From the IMG/VR virus record IMGVR_UViG_3300017707_000625, positions 1 through 31,795 of that record: 31,795 nucleotides of DNA; one strand, written 5' to 3'. Under the pieces are notes generated by a model, which saw nothing but the letters and a program-made list of their open reading frames with translations, was not told where the DNA came from and searched no databases. The stretch is from a virus (Duplodnaviria > Caudoviricetes). The position numbers and the translations under genes are program-made. Shown piece after piece: positions 7,208 to 16,114 of this stretch. Position 1 is the first letter of the stretch, and every line of letters starts with the position of its first letter.

Positions 7208-10200
7208 TTAAATTCCTAATGCTCTGCGAAGTTTCAACGATCTAACGTTCCATACGGGTTGCTGCTCTTCTTCAGGCGTACCCTCTATATCACCTGTATA
7301 ACCTTCTGACAAGCCTGGTCGTATTGGCAACAACGACGCTGACTCTTCTACGCGACTACCAGGTGGCACAGGCGTTCTGGTTGTTGTTGGCCTTATGGTT
7401 AACGGTTGCTCCACGCTAACAGGCGGAGTCTCAATAATCGACGGTGGTAGCTCATAAGGAGGCGGTTCAATTGGCGGTGGAGGCGGCGAATCAGGAAGGT
7501 TAGTTTTCTCTAACTCAATCAAGATTTGCTCAAGCAACTTGTCTTCAACTGTTGGCTCATCTATCAATGGCTCTTCAGGTGGAGGAGGTGGAGGAGGTGT
7601 AGGCTCAGGCTCCTCTGTATTGATTTGCGGTATGAGTTCAGGCTCAGGCGTTATTTCTGGTTCTGGTTCAGGCTCAGGTACCACCTCTGGTGTGGGCGTA
7701 ACTTCCGGTGTAGGTGTTACTACAGGCGCTGGAGTCACTTCCGGTTGTGGCGTTACCTCTAGCTGAGGTGTCACCTCAGGTGTAGGAGTGGGTGTAGGTG
7801 TAGGAGTGGGTGTCACCTCAGGGGTCGGAGTAGGGGTGACTTCAGGTGTCGGAGTGACTTCTGGGGTTGGGGTTATTTCTGGCTGAGGTTGAATTACAAC
7901 TTCTGGTTGTGGTGTAATTTCTGGTGTAGGTGTTACGGCTGGCGTAGGAATTGGTGTTACTTCAGGCGTGGGTATTACTTCAGGCGTTGGTGTTTGTTCT
8001 TTAATGATGTCTTGAATAATGACATCTTCAGGTGTTAGAACCGGCTGGGTAACAGGTGGCGTAACTGATGGTGTAACAACCGGCTCTGTGCTTATAGGCG
8101 CAGTAACAACCGGTGCTGTAATGACAGCGCCTTCAGTAACATTAGGTGCGGTAACAATAGTCAACCCACCCGTGTTATCAATAACAACAGCTTGACTGCT
8201 TGCAGGGTCGGTTGCAACAACCACGCCTGTTACGGTATTTACTTCAGGGGCAATAGTAAATTCTGGGACATCAAGTGTAGCGGTTGGTAACGTACCAAGA
8301 TTTTCTGGCGTTAGATCAACCTCTGGATTGACGTTTACACCAGACGTATCACGGCCAGCAGTTACGGTCACTGAACCAGAAGGCGTGGTGGTAGTTGCAG
8401 CACCCGTATTAAGCATCGATGTGCCAAACCGTTGTTCAGCAGCCGTTGCTAATTGCTCGCCTGTATTGATAGCAGTAGCAGTTTTGCCGCCAATAACCGC
8501 ACCAAGAACTGCCTTACCTTTTGCGGCGTTAACGTCACCAGACGTTATGTACTCAATCAAACCTTCTTCAAGCGCTTCGGTTGCAGGTTCAAGCAATGTC
8601 CTTGCGATGACATTGTTAGCGCCTGGTATCAAACCTATAGCAGCCGTTACAGCGCCTGCAACACCAGCATCTTGTCTTGCAAGCCTTGCCAATTCTTGTG
8701 GCGACATACCTGGATTAGCAGCCTTAAGCTCATCAATCTTTTGTAAGGCTTGAGCGCCAGCAGACTCAGCAGCATTGAGCGCCATCGAACCCAAGAATTG
8801 AGCAACTCTTCCACCAGGCAATAACAACGAAGGAAGCTCTTGAATCAGCTCAGAACCAAGGATGGCAGCAGCACCAGCAGGATTGTTAATTGCAGCGTTT
8901 GCAATGGCTCGACCAATCTCAGCGGCTGTTGCATTTGGATTGCTTGCAACGCGATAAATTTCATCTACAAACGCTTGCGATTGTTGATTGACTGTCTCTG
9001 GCCGCATGAGTTCGCCAGACGTTTGTATGTTCTTGAACGCATCAATCGTGCTTTGCGAATCAGCGCCTAACTGTTGAGCCGTTGCTGCCAGTGCAGCGCC
9101 AAGCTCACCAAGACCGGCTTGCGCCGTACCTGTTACAGCGTTAGCTACTTCATTGGCTCGCGTGTAAAGACTCTTGTTCTGGTCAACAATCTGGCCCTGC
9201 GCATTGAACGTAGCCGTGTCACCAGTCACCTTGTCACGCTGCGTTACCGTACCGTCAGCGTTTCGAGTGGTAACCAAGTTACCTACGGGCAATATGTTTG
9301 GATCACGCTCTGCACTAGTTGCTAGCGATGCAACATCATTGTCAGTTAACCTCGCACCAATAAGTTTTGGATCGCCGGTATACAGCACACCTTGGTAAGC
9401 AGCATTGGCAGGTATACCTTCTACAGCACCAATGGTTTTCGCTTGGTCAAGATAGATACCACCACCGCTTGCCAGTTCAGTTACCTCACCTGTCGGCAAG
9501 ACCTGCGTGATCTTTCCAGTATTAACATCACGCAAGTAAACCGTACCGTTTTGACCTCTGTATTGTTCAAACAAAGGAATCAGTTCTCTTGCCTGCGCTT
9601 CAGCTACAGAGATAGGTGTTGATGACTGCAAGGCTGTGTTAACCGCTGCCGCCTGATCTGCTGTTTGTTCTTGCGCAACGATGCCGAGCACATCATCATT
9701 GGCTGTAGCACCAGGCGTGGTGTCCATGCCAACATCTACTGTTGACCCAAGACCGCCTGTTGTTGCGCCGCCTGTAACAACATCATTGCCAGTAGCGCCA
9801 GCGATTGTGGTTGATGTTGCTGGCACTGTTGATGGTGTTTGAGGTTTATTTATCGCGGCGCTAGAACCGCTTATAAAACCAGAAACGGCAGATTGCGTAA
9901 CATCACCGCCTGTAGCGGCTGCTTGTATTGCACTAGTTGCAGCAGAAACAAGACCACTATCTAAGGCTGTATCACCAGTAAGCGAAGCTCCAGATAATGT
10001 TTGCTGAGCGCCATTAGCAATCACAGAATTGATTATGGCGTTGCCAACGTCCCCACCTGTAAGCGCAGCGGTTGCTCCTGATTTAATGACGTTATTAACC
10101 AATAAGTTATCAGTAAGCCCGCTAGCAAGCTCACCAACACCTAAATTGATAGCTGAGTTTTTAATTGCTGTTATTGGGTCAGCGCCAGAAGCAACGCTAA

Positions 10201-10966
10201 CTGAAGCGTTGATAACTGCATTACCAACAGCAGTAGCAGTAGCTCCAGTCGCACCTAAAGCCGAACCTATGGCTTGTGCAACACCAGGAAACGCAGCGGT
10301 ACCAACTGCAAGAATAATTGGCATTACCGCCTGCAACGTCCCGCCATCTACCTGCACATCAATGATTGTTTCACCTGTGGCAGGGTCTAAGTATTCGTAC
10401 CTTGTTTGCTTTCCAAATAAACCGCTTTGGTCATCCGCTTTTCTTACAATTGTCTCTGGGTTAATTACCGCATAAGTCTTTCCATTAACAACAATATCGT
10501 TGTATGCAGTTTCATTTCCTTGTTCTCCAGCAATCTCATACCTTGCATTTTGTATAGCTTGCTGCAGTTGCTGTTGTGATGACAAAGGGGTTGAGACAAC
10601 TTGAGGTACAGGTTCAATAGATGAAGCAACGGTACTTGAAGGTGGTGACGGAGGCTGCGCAGGAGCGGACGGAGGCGTGTAAACAGGTTGCGGTTCAGGT
10701 TCAGGTTCAGGCTGGGTATAGATTGGCTCTGGTTCGTAATAAATAGGTTCTGGTTCTGGCTGCCTATATATAGTTTCTTGCTGTATGGTTCTAGCAGGCT
10801 CTGGTGGCGCATAGCCATTAGACAACATCCAATCAATATCAGACTGTGGAACACCAGCGCCAAGCAACTCATCAACCGTTGTTCTTGCAGCATTAAAGGC
10901 AGCAATCTTTTGCGACGGGCCATAAGAAGCCCAAAGTGATGAGTAAACCGCTGCTGGAATAGGCAT
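7208..10966 (-). CDS. Very large Pro/Thr-rich putative internal virion / ejection protein
   Basis: 1252 aa; EP-rich N-terminal segment, G/A-rich hydrophobic helices, long TPEV-repeat region; first gene of the ejection block. Confidence 0.65.
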   Translation of the reverse strand: MPIPAAVYSSLWASYGPSQKIAAFNAARTTVDELLGAGVPQSDIDWMLSNGYAPPEPARTIQQETIYRQPEPEPIYYEPEPIYTQPEPEPEPQPVYTPPSAPAQPPSPPSSTVASSIEPVPQVVSTPLSSQQQLQQAIQNARYEIAGEQGNETAYNDIVVNGKTYAVINPETIVRKADDQSGLFGKQTRYEYLDPATGETIIDVQVDGGTLQAVMPIILAVGTAAFPGVAQAIGSALGATGATATAVGNAVINASVSVASGADPITAIKNSAINLGVGELASGLTDNLLVNNVIKSGATAALTGGDVGNAIINSVIANGAQQTLSGASLTGDTALDSGLVSAATSAIQAAATGGDVTQSAVSGFISGSSAAINKPQTPSTVPATSTTIAGATGNDVVTGGATTGGLGSTVDVGMDTTPGATANDDVLGIVAQEQTADQAAAVNTALQSSTPISVAEAQARELIPLFEQYRGQNGTVYLRDVNTGKITQVLPTGEVTELASGGGIYLDQAKTIGAVEGIPANAAYQGVLYTGDPKLIGARLTDNDVASLATSAERDPNILPVGNLVTTRNADGTVTQRDKVTGDTATFNAQGQIVDQNKSLYTRANEVANAVTGTAQAGLGELGAALAATAQQLGADSQSTIDAFKNIQTSGELMRPETVNQQSQAFVDEIYRVASNPNATAAEIGRAIANAAINNPAGAAAILGSELIQELPSLLLPGGRVAQFLGSMALNAAESAGAQALQKIDELKAANPGMSPQELARLARQDAGVAGAVTAAIGLIPGANNVIARTLLEPATEALEEGLIEYITSGDVNAAKGKAVLGAVIGGKTATAINTGEQLATAAEQRFGTSMLNTGAATTTTPSGSVTVTAGRDTSGVNVNPEVDLTPENLGTLPTATLDVPEFTIAPEVNTVTGVVVATDPASSQAVVIDNTGGLTIVTAPNVTEGAVITAPVVTAPISTEPVVTPSVTPPVTQPVLTPEDVIIQDIIKEQTPTPEVIPTPEVTPIPTPAVTPTPEITPQPEVVIQPQPEITPTPEVTPTPEVTPTPTPEVTPTPTPTPTPTPEVTPQLEVTPQPEVTPAPVVTPTPEVTPTPEVVPEPEPEPEITPEPELIPQINTEEPEPTPPPPPPPEEPLIDEPTVEDKLLEQILIELEKTNLPDSPPPPPIEPPPYELPPSIIETPPVSVEQPLTIRPTTTRTPVPPGSRVEESASLLPIRPGLSEGYTGDIEGTPEEEQQPVWNVRSLKLRRALGI
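7570..8000 (-). repeat. Intragenic degenerate tandem repeat encoding (TP)nEV, EP and poly-Pro
   Basis: Repeated TPTPEV/TPQPEV/EPEPE units of about 18 nt, e.g. GGTGTAGGAGTG and GGTGTCACCTCAGG reiterations at 7767-7822. Confidence 0.9.
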
Positions 10967-10967
10967 C

Positions 10968-11306
10968 TTAAAGTCCTAAGCGATTGATAATAGATTGATG
11001 CACACTCAAATGCCCTTGCAACCATTCATAGAAATCATCTTCTTGGTTCCAGTCCGTATCAAACAAATCGAACGGATTCTCAAGACTTAATCGATTGGCA
11101 AGCGCCTCATGCTCTTGGTAATGTGACCATAGCCAATCATCTAAGTCATCAAGATCAGCATCACCTAAAGGATACTTAGGAATGATAATGTCTTGATCTA
11201 GCAGTTGTATGAAAAATGTTTGATGTTGCTGTGCATTCTCAAAAATCATTTCCCTCAACCCATCAGAGTCTCCAAAGACGACGTTTGATAGGTTGTCAAG
11301 GTTCAC
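10968..11306 (-). CDS. Acidic hypothetical protein with two WxxxHxxxH motifs
   Basis: 112 aa; DDWLWSHYQEH and YEWLQGHLSVH. Confidence 0.75.
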   Translation of the reverse strand: MNLDNLSNVVFGDSDGLREMIFENAQQHQTFFIQLLDQDIIIPKYPLGDADLDDLDDWLWSHYQEHEALANRLSLENPFDLFDTDWNQEDDFYEWLQGHLSVHQSIINRLGL

Positions 11307-11968
11307 ACCGCTACCTTGCGTATAGCTCTTGCAATCAATGATTGATTCTTAGCGTTGTTGAACTGACCTCCATCTATGAAATCAATCCTTGTCGCTGTTG
11401 TCAAACCTACACCAGGATTGGTAGAAGTCCAAGTTCTTGCTGACGTAGCAAAGGCTTCAGAGCCACCAGATTGGAAGGCAGCTACAGAAGTTTGTGCAGG
11501 CGTTCCTGTCGTGTAGTTAGAACCTCTGGAAGGAACTGCATAAGAATTAGTGCCGTAGGATGTAGAGTTTGATGCCGTTGTAGGCTTGAGGTTGTAGTAA
11601 CAAATCTCTAACTCATACAAAGCAGGTAGATACCAGTCTGAGTAGCCGTTGATTGTTAGTGCGGCGCACCACTGAGCAGCAGGATAAGTGGCTGAGTCTA
11701 GCTCTGCTGTGTTAGTTGCCCCATCATAGGTAGATAAACCTAGAGAGTCTGACGTTGCAGAGGTTTTGTAATTGACTGATGTGTTCTCACCCGATGATTT
11801 GGGAGAGACAAGTAGATAATAGGTATTGCCGCCAAAACTAATCTGTCCTGCGTAGTAGCCACCTTCCCAGAACTCACCAATGGTTGTAGGGCCGCTTATG
11901 CGCGTACCAATACCAAAAGACCCAAAGCCTTTGCTACTCGCGCTACCTATGCTTTGGATAATTGGCAT
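11303..11968 (-). CDS. DUF1566/Lcl-like C-type-lectin-fold protein, probable receptor-binding tip
   Basis: IGEFWEGGYYAG, DGATNT, INGYSDWYLPALYELE, WTST, C-terminal ARAIRK motifs. Confidence 0.8.
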   Translation of the reverse strand: MPIIQSIGSASSKGFGSFGIGTRISGPTTIGEFWEGGYYAGQISFGGNTYYLLVSPKSSGENTSVNYKTSATSDSLGLSTYDGATNTAELDSATYPAAQWCAALTINGYSDWYLPALYELEICYYNLKPTTASNSTSYGTNSYAVPSRGSNYTTGTPAQTSVAAFQSGGSEAFATSARTWTSTNPGVGLTTATRIDFIDGGQFNNAKNQSLIARAIRKVAV

Positions 11969-12531
11969 TACGCAAACCGAGTCTGACTAGCCAAGACAGT
12001 GAACGTTGCTGATCCTGTCTTGATGATGGTATAAGAATACACGTCGATAGAACTAACATTGCCCGCGGTAGGAGCAGTACCACCTAACCATTTAGGTGTA
12101 ACCGATGAACCATCTACTTGCACCGCAGAGTTGTAGTAAGCAGTGCTTCCATTAGTCACTAAGAAAGCACAGGTTAAGACTTCTCCAGTGGCCATTGCGG
12201 TATTCAGTGACGTACCAGAAGAAGCTCTAAAATTGACTGTGAAGTTCCCAGAAGCATTCGTTGTGTAGTACAGAACACCTTGGGTTGTAGTATCAAAGTT
12301 AATCGTACCCGTTGCTGCTGTTGCTGATACCGTGATCGTCTCAACAACACCCTGCAGCTTTGCACCGATCTGAGAGGATGTGGATGCTAGAGAGAGTTGT
12401 TTAGCAAAGGTCGCAGCCTGTGCAGAGGAAATCGTAAGTGCTAGCGTACCTCCGGTCTTGACCTCTAGGATGTCTGTGTTGTCAGACGTAATCGAGGTTC
12501 CAGCGGTAGCTGCATTAAGGACGTTAGCCAT
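11968..12531 (-). CDS. Tail fibre adaptor/accessory protein
   Basis: 187 aa, T/S/A/G-rich; C-terminal VTPKWLGGTAPTAG...IDVYSYTIIKTG module typical of fibre ends. Confidence 0.65.
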   Translation of the reverse strand: MANVLNAATAGTSITSDNTDILEVKTGGTLALTISSAQAATFAKQLSLASTSSQIGAKLQGVVETITVSATAATGTINFDTTTQGVLYYTTNASGNFTVNFRASSGTSLNTAMATGEVLTCAFLVTNGSTAYYNSAVQVDGSSVTPKWLGGTAPTAGNVSSIDVYSYTIIKTGSATFTVLASQTRFA

Positions 12532-12886
12532 TATTAACCTCTACCCAATTGACTGCTTCTTCATCCCACGAATACATCTTACCGTCTTGAGGCATTGCCA
12601 CTGGAGCTTCCCACTGAGCATTAGCGTTTAACAACCAGCTAGCAAAGGGCTTAGGCGGCACAAACGCGTCAATGTCTGCTCGGTAGGTGTAGCCAATCCC
12701 TGCGTAGTTCTTACGCATGTTGCCGTTATAACTTGTCTGCTTCCACGTCCCACCGAGAATCTTCTCTAGATGGGCAGCACCGATGTGTTCTTTCTCAACA
12801 CCGCTAGCGTCTGAAGTGTCCTTGTTATCAACAACGACAACCTGCGTGACGATGTTGTTTTCATCAATCTTTGCGAAGTGAGCCAT
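12524..12886 (-). CDS. Tail-fibre-associated protein (MAHFAK... type; possible assembly chaperone)
   Basis: 120 aa; MAHFAKIDENNIVTQVVVV, WKQTSYN, RKNYAGIGYTY, DAFVPPKPFASW, YSWDE motifs. Confidence 0.7.
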   Translation of the reverse strand: MAHFAKIDENNIVTQVVVVDNKDTSDASGVEKEHIGAAHLEKILGGTWKQTSYNGNMRKNYAGIGYTYRADIDAFVPPKPFASWLLNANAQWEAPVAMPQDGKMYSWDEEAVNWVEVNNG

Positions 12887-13488
12887 TACGCCTCCAGCCT
12901 TAAGCCTGTTAAATCCATTTCTTCCCCGACAACACCGACAGGAAAGGTATTAAAACTGAGTGAGATTCTTGTGTCCTCGCCCTTGACTTCAGGAACCATG
13001 TGCGTGAGCGAAGAAGGAAAGAGAATCAGCCTGCCTGCATAAGCCTCAAACCACCAACTCTCAGAGTTATACGGGTTCCACTGGTCAGGAGGAAACTTGA
13101 TCTGCTGCCAGCCATCTTTGTAGAAGTAAATCCTGTCATCAGGGTTAGTCTGAACATAGAACACACCTGAGATATACGAATTAGGATGAGCGTGTTTGTG
13201 GTGGTACTGACCTTGCTCTGAGTAGTTGCACCAACTTTGCGTGACTCTCAGACTTACATTGTGCTTAGGATTGACTGTGGACTTGAAGTATTCGCCTACA
13301 GCATCCTCGATGAACGAACGTAGGTTCGTCAGTACAGGGCTACGCAAGACAAAGTTATCAGTGCTTGTCGTGTTGCCCTGATTCGGTCTTGTCTCAAGCT
13401 CACGGATGAAGAACAACTCCTCATCGGACAAAGGACGACCTAACTCAGCAAATCCAACAGGTGTCGGAAAGAGATTATGCAATTGCAT
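12886..13488 (-). CDS. Putative 2OG-Fe(II) oxygenase (TIGR02466 / 2OG-FeII_Oxy_5-like)
   Basis: Likely start MQLHNLFPTP at 13488 (200 aa; track starts at 13563); SWCN, HxH (HAHPNSYISGVFY), LILFPSSLTHMV, RISLSFN. Confidence 0.88.
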   Translation of the reverse strand: MQLHNLFPTPVGFAELGRPLSDEELFFIRELETRPNQGNTTSTDNFVLRSPVLTNLRSFIEDAVGEYFKSTVNPKHNVSLRVTQSWCNYSEQGQYHHKHAHPNSYISGVFYVQTNPDDRIYFYKDGWQQIKFPPDQWNPYNSESWWFEAYAGRLILFPSSLTHMVPEVKGEDTRISLSFNTFPVGVVGEEMDLTGLRLEA

Positions 13489-13729
13489 CTTCAATTTCCT
13501 TTTGCTTGATGCCCATCTCTTTGAGTTGCTCGTCGGTGTAGATCGTAGGGATGCTGTCCTCAAACTCCTTGATCTTGTCTATCACCCAATATACTTCTTC
13601 GATACTCGGACAAGGTCTAGGATCATCCCAACGTGTGAAGACGTTGTTAGAGATTTCCCACTTCGCACCAGGACGAAGCAGGTGCATTGCTGTGTCTATT
13701 CCTAGGAAGCGATATGTTTTTGTAGTCAT
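13475..13729 (-). CDS. Small fibre-associated protein (XkdW-like)
   Basis: 84 aa; LRPGAKW...RWDDPRPCPSIEEV; directly follows the Gly-rich gene. Confidence 0.6.
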   Translation of the reverse strand: MTTKTYRFLGIDTAMHLLRPGAKWEISNNVFTRWDDPRPCPSIEEVYWVIDKIKEFEDSIPTIYTDEQLKEMGIKQKEIEDAIA

Positions 13730-13730
13730 G

Positions 13731-15449
13731 TTATTGATTGATTTTGATAATTACGATGCCGGAGCCGCCATCCCCACCGTTGCCTCCAGTACCAGCAAAT
13801 CCGCCGCCACCGCCACCGCCACCTGTGTTTGCTGTACCGGCTGCGCCAGCCGTAGCACCTCCAGTACCTGCTCCACCACCACCAGCGCCAGCAGCCCCTC
13901 CATAGCCGTTCTGTCCACCACCGCCACCGCCACCGGCGTAGGTTAAAGACGCTCCAGAAATCGTAGATACCGATCCTGCCCCGCCTGCACCACCTGTATA
14001 CGCAGGCGATCCAGAAGCATTACCCCCTGTAGCTGATGCACCACCACCGCCACCACCGGCGTTATTAGTGGGATCAGTGCCGCCATTGTTTCCTTGAGAT
14101 GGGCTTGTTGCTGGTGTATTTCCAGCACCTCCTGGGTTAACTGCGGCATGACTTCCACCTCCAGACCCACCTGCACTGCCTGCCGTAACAATAGCAGGAT
14201 TCCCACCGCTAGAACTTCCACCGCCACCACCGCCTGCCGATATTATTCCTGGGGATACAAATGGCGAAGGCGATGAACCACCAACAATAGACGAATTACT
14301 TCCATTTGTAGAATTACTTGTAGCGGATACGCTACCCGTCCCCCCACTACCAACCGTAATTGCATAACTTGTTCCGGCAGCAACAGAAACTCCTGTACCT
14401 ATTCTGAAACCACCTGCACCACCCCCACCACCTACACGCGAACCACCACCGCCCCCACCCCCTACCACAAGGTAGTCAACACTGGTCACACCCGTAGGAC
14501 ACGTCCACGTTGTAGTGCCAGTGAACACAAAGACGGTTTGGCTAGCAACGGTGTACTTTAGGATGACGATACCGGAGCCGCCTGTTCCTCCACCGCCATA
14601 ATTTGACTGATAATTACCTGCACCGCCACCGCCACCGCTATTTGTTGTTCCAGGCGAGCCAGCGTTATTGCCTCCTACTGCCCCAGCATTACCACCGCCA
14701 CCATAACCACCTGCACCTCTTGTTCCACCAGAAATTACACCAGCCCCACCACCGCCAGAGTAATAACCAGTAGAGGGACTTCCACCAGGGCCAGCCCCAC
14801 CGTAGGAAGAAGCAAAGGATGGGCCTTGAACACCTGGGCCTCCATCGCCACCTTTGACCGAGGTTCCTGTGCCGCCAACACCGCCACCGCCGCCACCTGC
14901 TCCGCCTCCATAATTTGGAGGAGAATTTCCAGCACCGGGACCGCCAGCGTAGCCTTGAACAGCATTAGAATCCGGTGGCGAAGCTGAAGCAGGTGTATTC
15001 CCTGGTCCAGGAGTTCCGTTGTATTCACATCCACCGCCTGAACCACCAGGGCCACCATTTATGCCACCAGAACCACCTGCACCGCCGTATCCACCACCTG
15101 TTGCAGTGATTGTGGAAAATACAGAATCATATCCTTTTGTACCGATATTAGCCGCCCCACTTGCACCGCCAGGGCCACCAGCGCCAACCGTAATTGTGTA
15201 ATTTCCGTTGCCATCACCACCTGTTGTTGACACTGCAAATCCAGTTCCGGTTCTATATCCTCCAGCACCACCACCGCCATAAACGCTACCACCACCCCCA
15301 CCACCAGCCACTACCAAATATTCAACCTCTGTCACCCCAGCAGGGCAAGTCCACGTAGAGGTAGCTGTAAAGGTTTGGATGACGGTATAGCCACCTCCGC
15401 CGCCTCCGGCAAAGGTCTGCCCAATCAGCATAGACAAAATGCCTGTCAT
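13731..15449 (-). CDS. Glycine-rich adhesin / receptor-binding protein with two tandem Gly-rich domains
   Basis: Likely start MTGILSMLIG at 15449 (ATGA overlap; 572 aa); two copies of FTxTxTWTCPxGVTxVxYLVVxGGGGGG...GGSGIVI. Confidence 0.8.
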   Translation of the reverse strand: MTGILSMLIGQTFAGGGGGGYTVIQTFTATSTWTCPAGVTEVEYLVVAGGGGGGSVYGGGGAGGYRTGTGFAVSTTGGDGNGNYTITVGAGGPGGASGAANIGTKGYDSVFSTITATGGGYGGAGGSGGINGGPGGSGGGCEYNGTPGPGNTPASASPPDSNAVQGYAGGPGAGNSPPNYGGGAGGGGGGVGGTGTSVKGGDGGPGVQGPSFASSYGGAGPGGSPSTGYYSGGGGAGVISGGTRGAGGYGGGGNAGAVGGNNAGSPGTTNSGGGGGAGNYQSNYGGGGTGGSGIVILKYTVASQTVFVFTGTTTWTCPTGVTSVDYLVVGGGGGGGSRVGGGGGAGGFRIGTGVSVAAGTSYAITVGSGGTGSVSATSNSTNGSNSSIVGGSSPSPFVSPGIISAGGGGGGSSSGGNPAIVTAGSAGGSGGGSHAAVNPGGAGNTPATSPSQGNNGGTDPTNNAGGGGGGASATGGNASGSPAYTGGAGGAGSVSTISGASLTYAGGGGGGGQNGYGGAAGAGGGGAGTGGATAGAAGTANTGGGGGGGGFAGTGGNGGDGGSGIVIIKINQ

Positions 15450-16111
15450 GACACGTTCCCTGAAACAACACAAACCGTACCGGATATAAACAGAATCGTC
15501 GCAACACCTCTGGTTGCAAGCGTCATCGTCGCTTTGTCACTATCCGTTCCAGCGATATAAGCCGTTGTGATCGACATCGTAAGCGTGATGGATGAAGATG
15601 AGTTGTTAAAGATGACAACCACATCACCTGCTGCAAAGGTTGAGTTAGGAACCGTCTGGCCTGCCGTAACCGACAACACCTTGCCAACATCGCCTACTAC
15701 TAACGTATTGGTTGAGTTGCTTGATATAGGTACGTTTCTAAACCCAACAGGATTAGTACCGTCTACCGTACAGTTGCTTAGGGTTCCTGATGTAGGTGTA
15801 CCAAGCACAGGTGTTACGAGCGTTGGTGATGTGGCAAAAACTAACGAGCCTGATCCTGTCTCATCAGTCACCGCTGCCGCCAGGTTAGAGGATGACGGTG
15901 TGGCTAAGAAGGTAGCTACACCAGTTCCTAAGCTAGCAGACGTTACCGCAGAGGCAAAGGTTAGGTTGCCTGAGCCATCAGTCTGTAAAAACTGATTAGT
16001 ACTACCGTCTGTGCCAGGAAGCGTAAAGGTTGTATTGCTACTGGTATTGGCAGATTGGACGGTTGTTGTCCCTGTCCCAGAAGCGTTACCCTGAAGTTTG
16101 ATCTTTGACAT
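15446..16111 (-). CDS. Tail fibre adaptor/accessory protein
   Basis: 221 aa; TFTLPGTDG, LQTDGSGNLTF, VTDETGSGSLVFATSPTLVTP motifs; C-terminal DVGK...GVATILF...SGNVS module. Confidence 0.7.
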   Translation of the reverse strand: MSKIKLQGNASGTGTTTVQSANTSSNTTFTLPGTDGSTNQFLQTDGSGNLTFASAVTSASLGTGVATFLATPSSSNLAAAVTDETGSGSLVFATSPTLVTPVLGTPTSGTLSNCTVDGTNPVGFRNVPISSNSTNTLVVGDVGKVLSVTAGQTVPNSTFAAGDVVVIFNNSSSSITLTMSITTAYIAGTDSDKATMTLATRGVATILFISGTVCVVSGNVS

Positions 16112-16114
16112 AAG

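Noticed and set aside
7570-8000. Repeat tract as a possible CRISPR array or non-coding repeat
   Set aside because: Repeats are in-frame, degenerate at third positions and lack unique spacers
13731-15449. Gly-rich protein as PE-PGRS or collagen
   Set aside because: No PE domain and no sustained Gly-X-Y periodicity; phage fibre context
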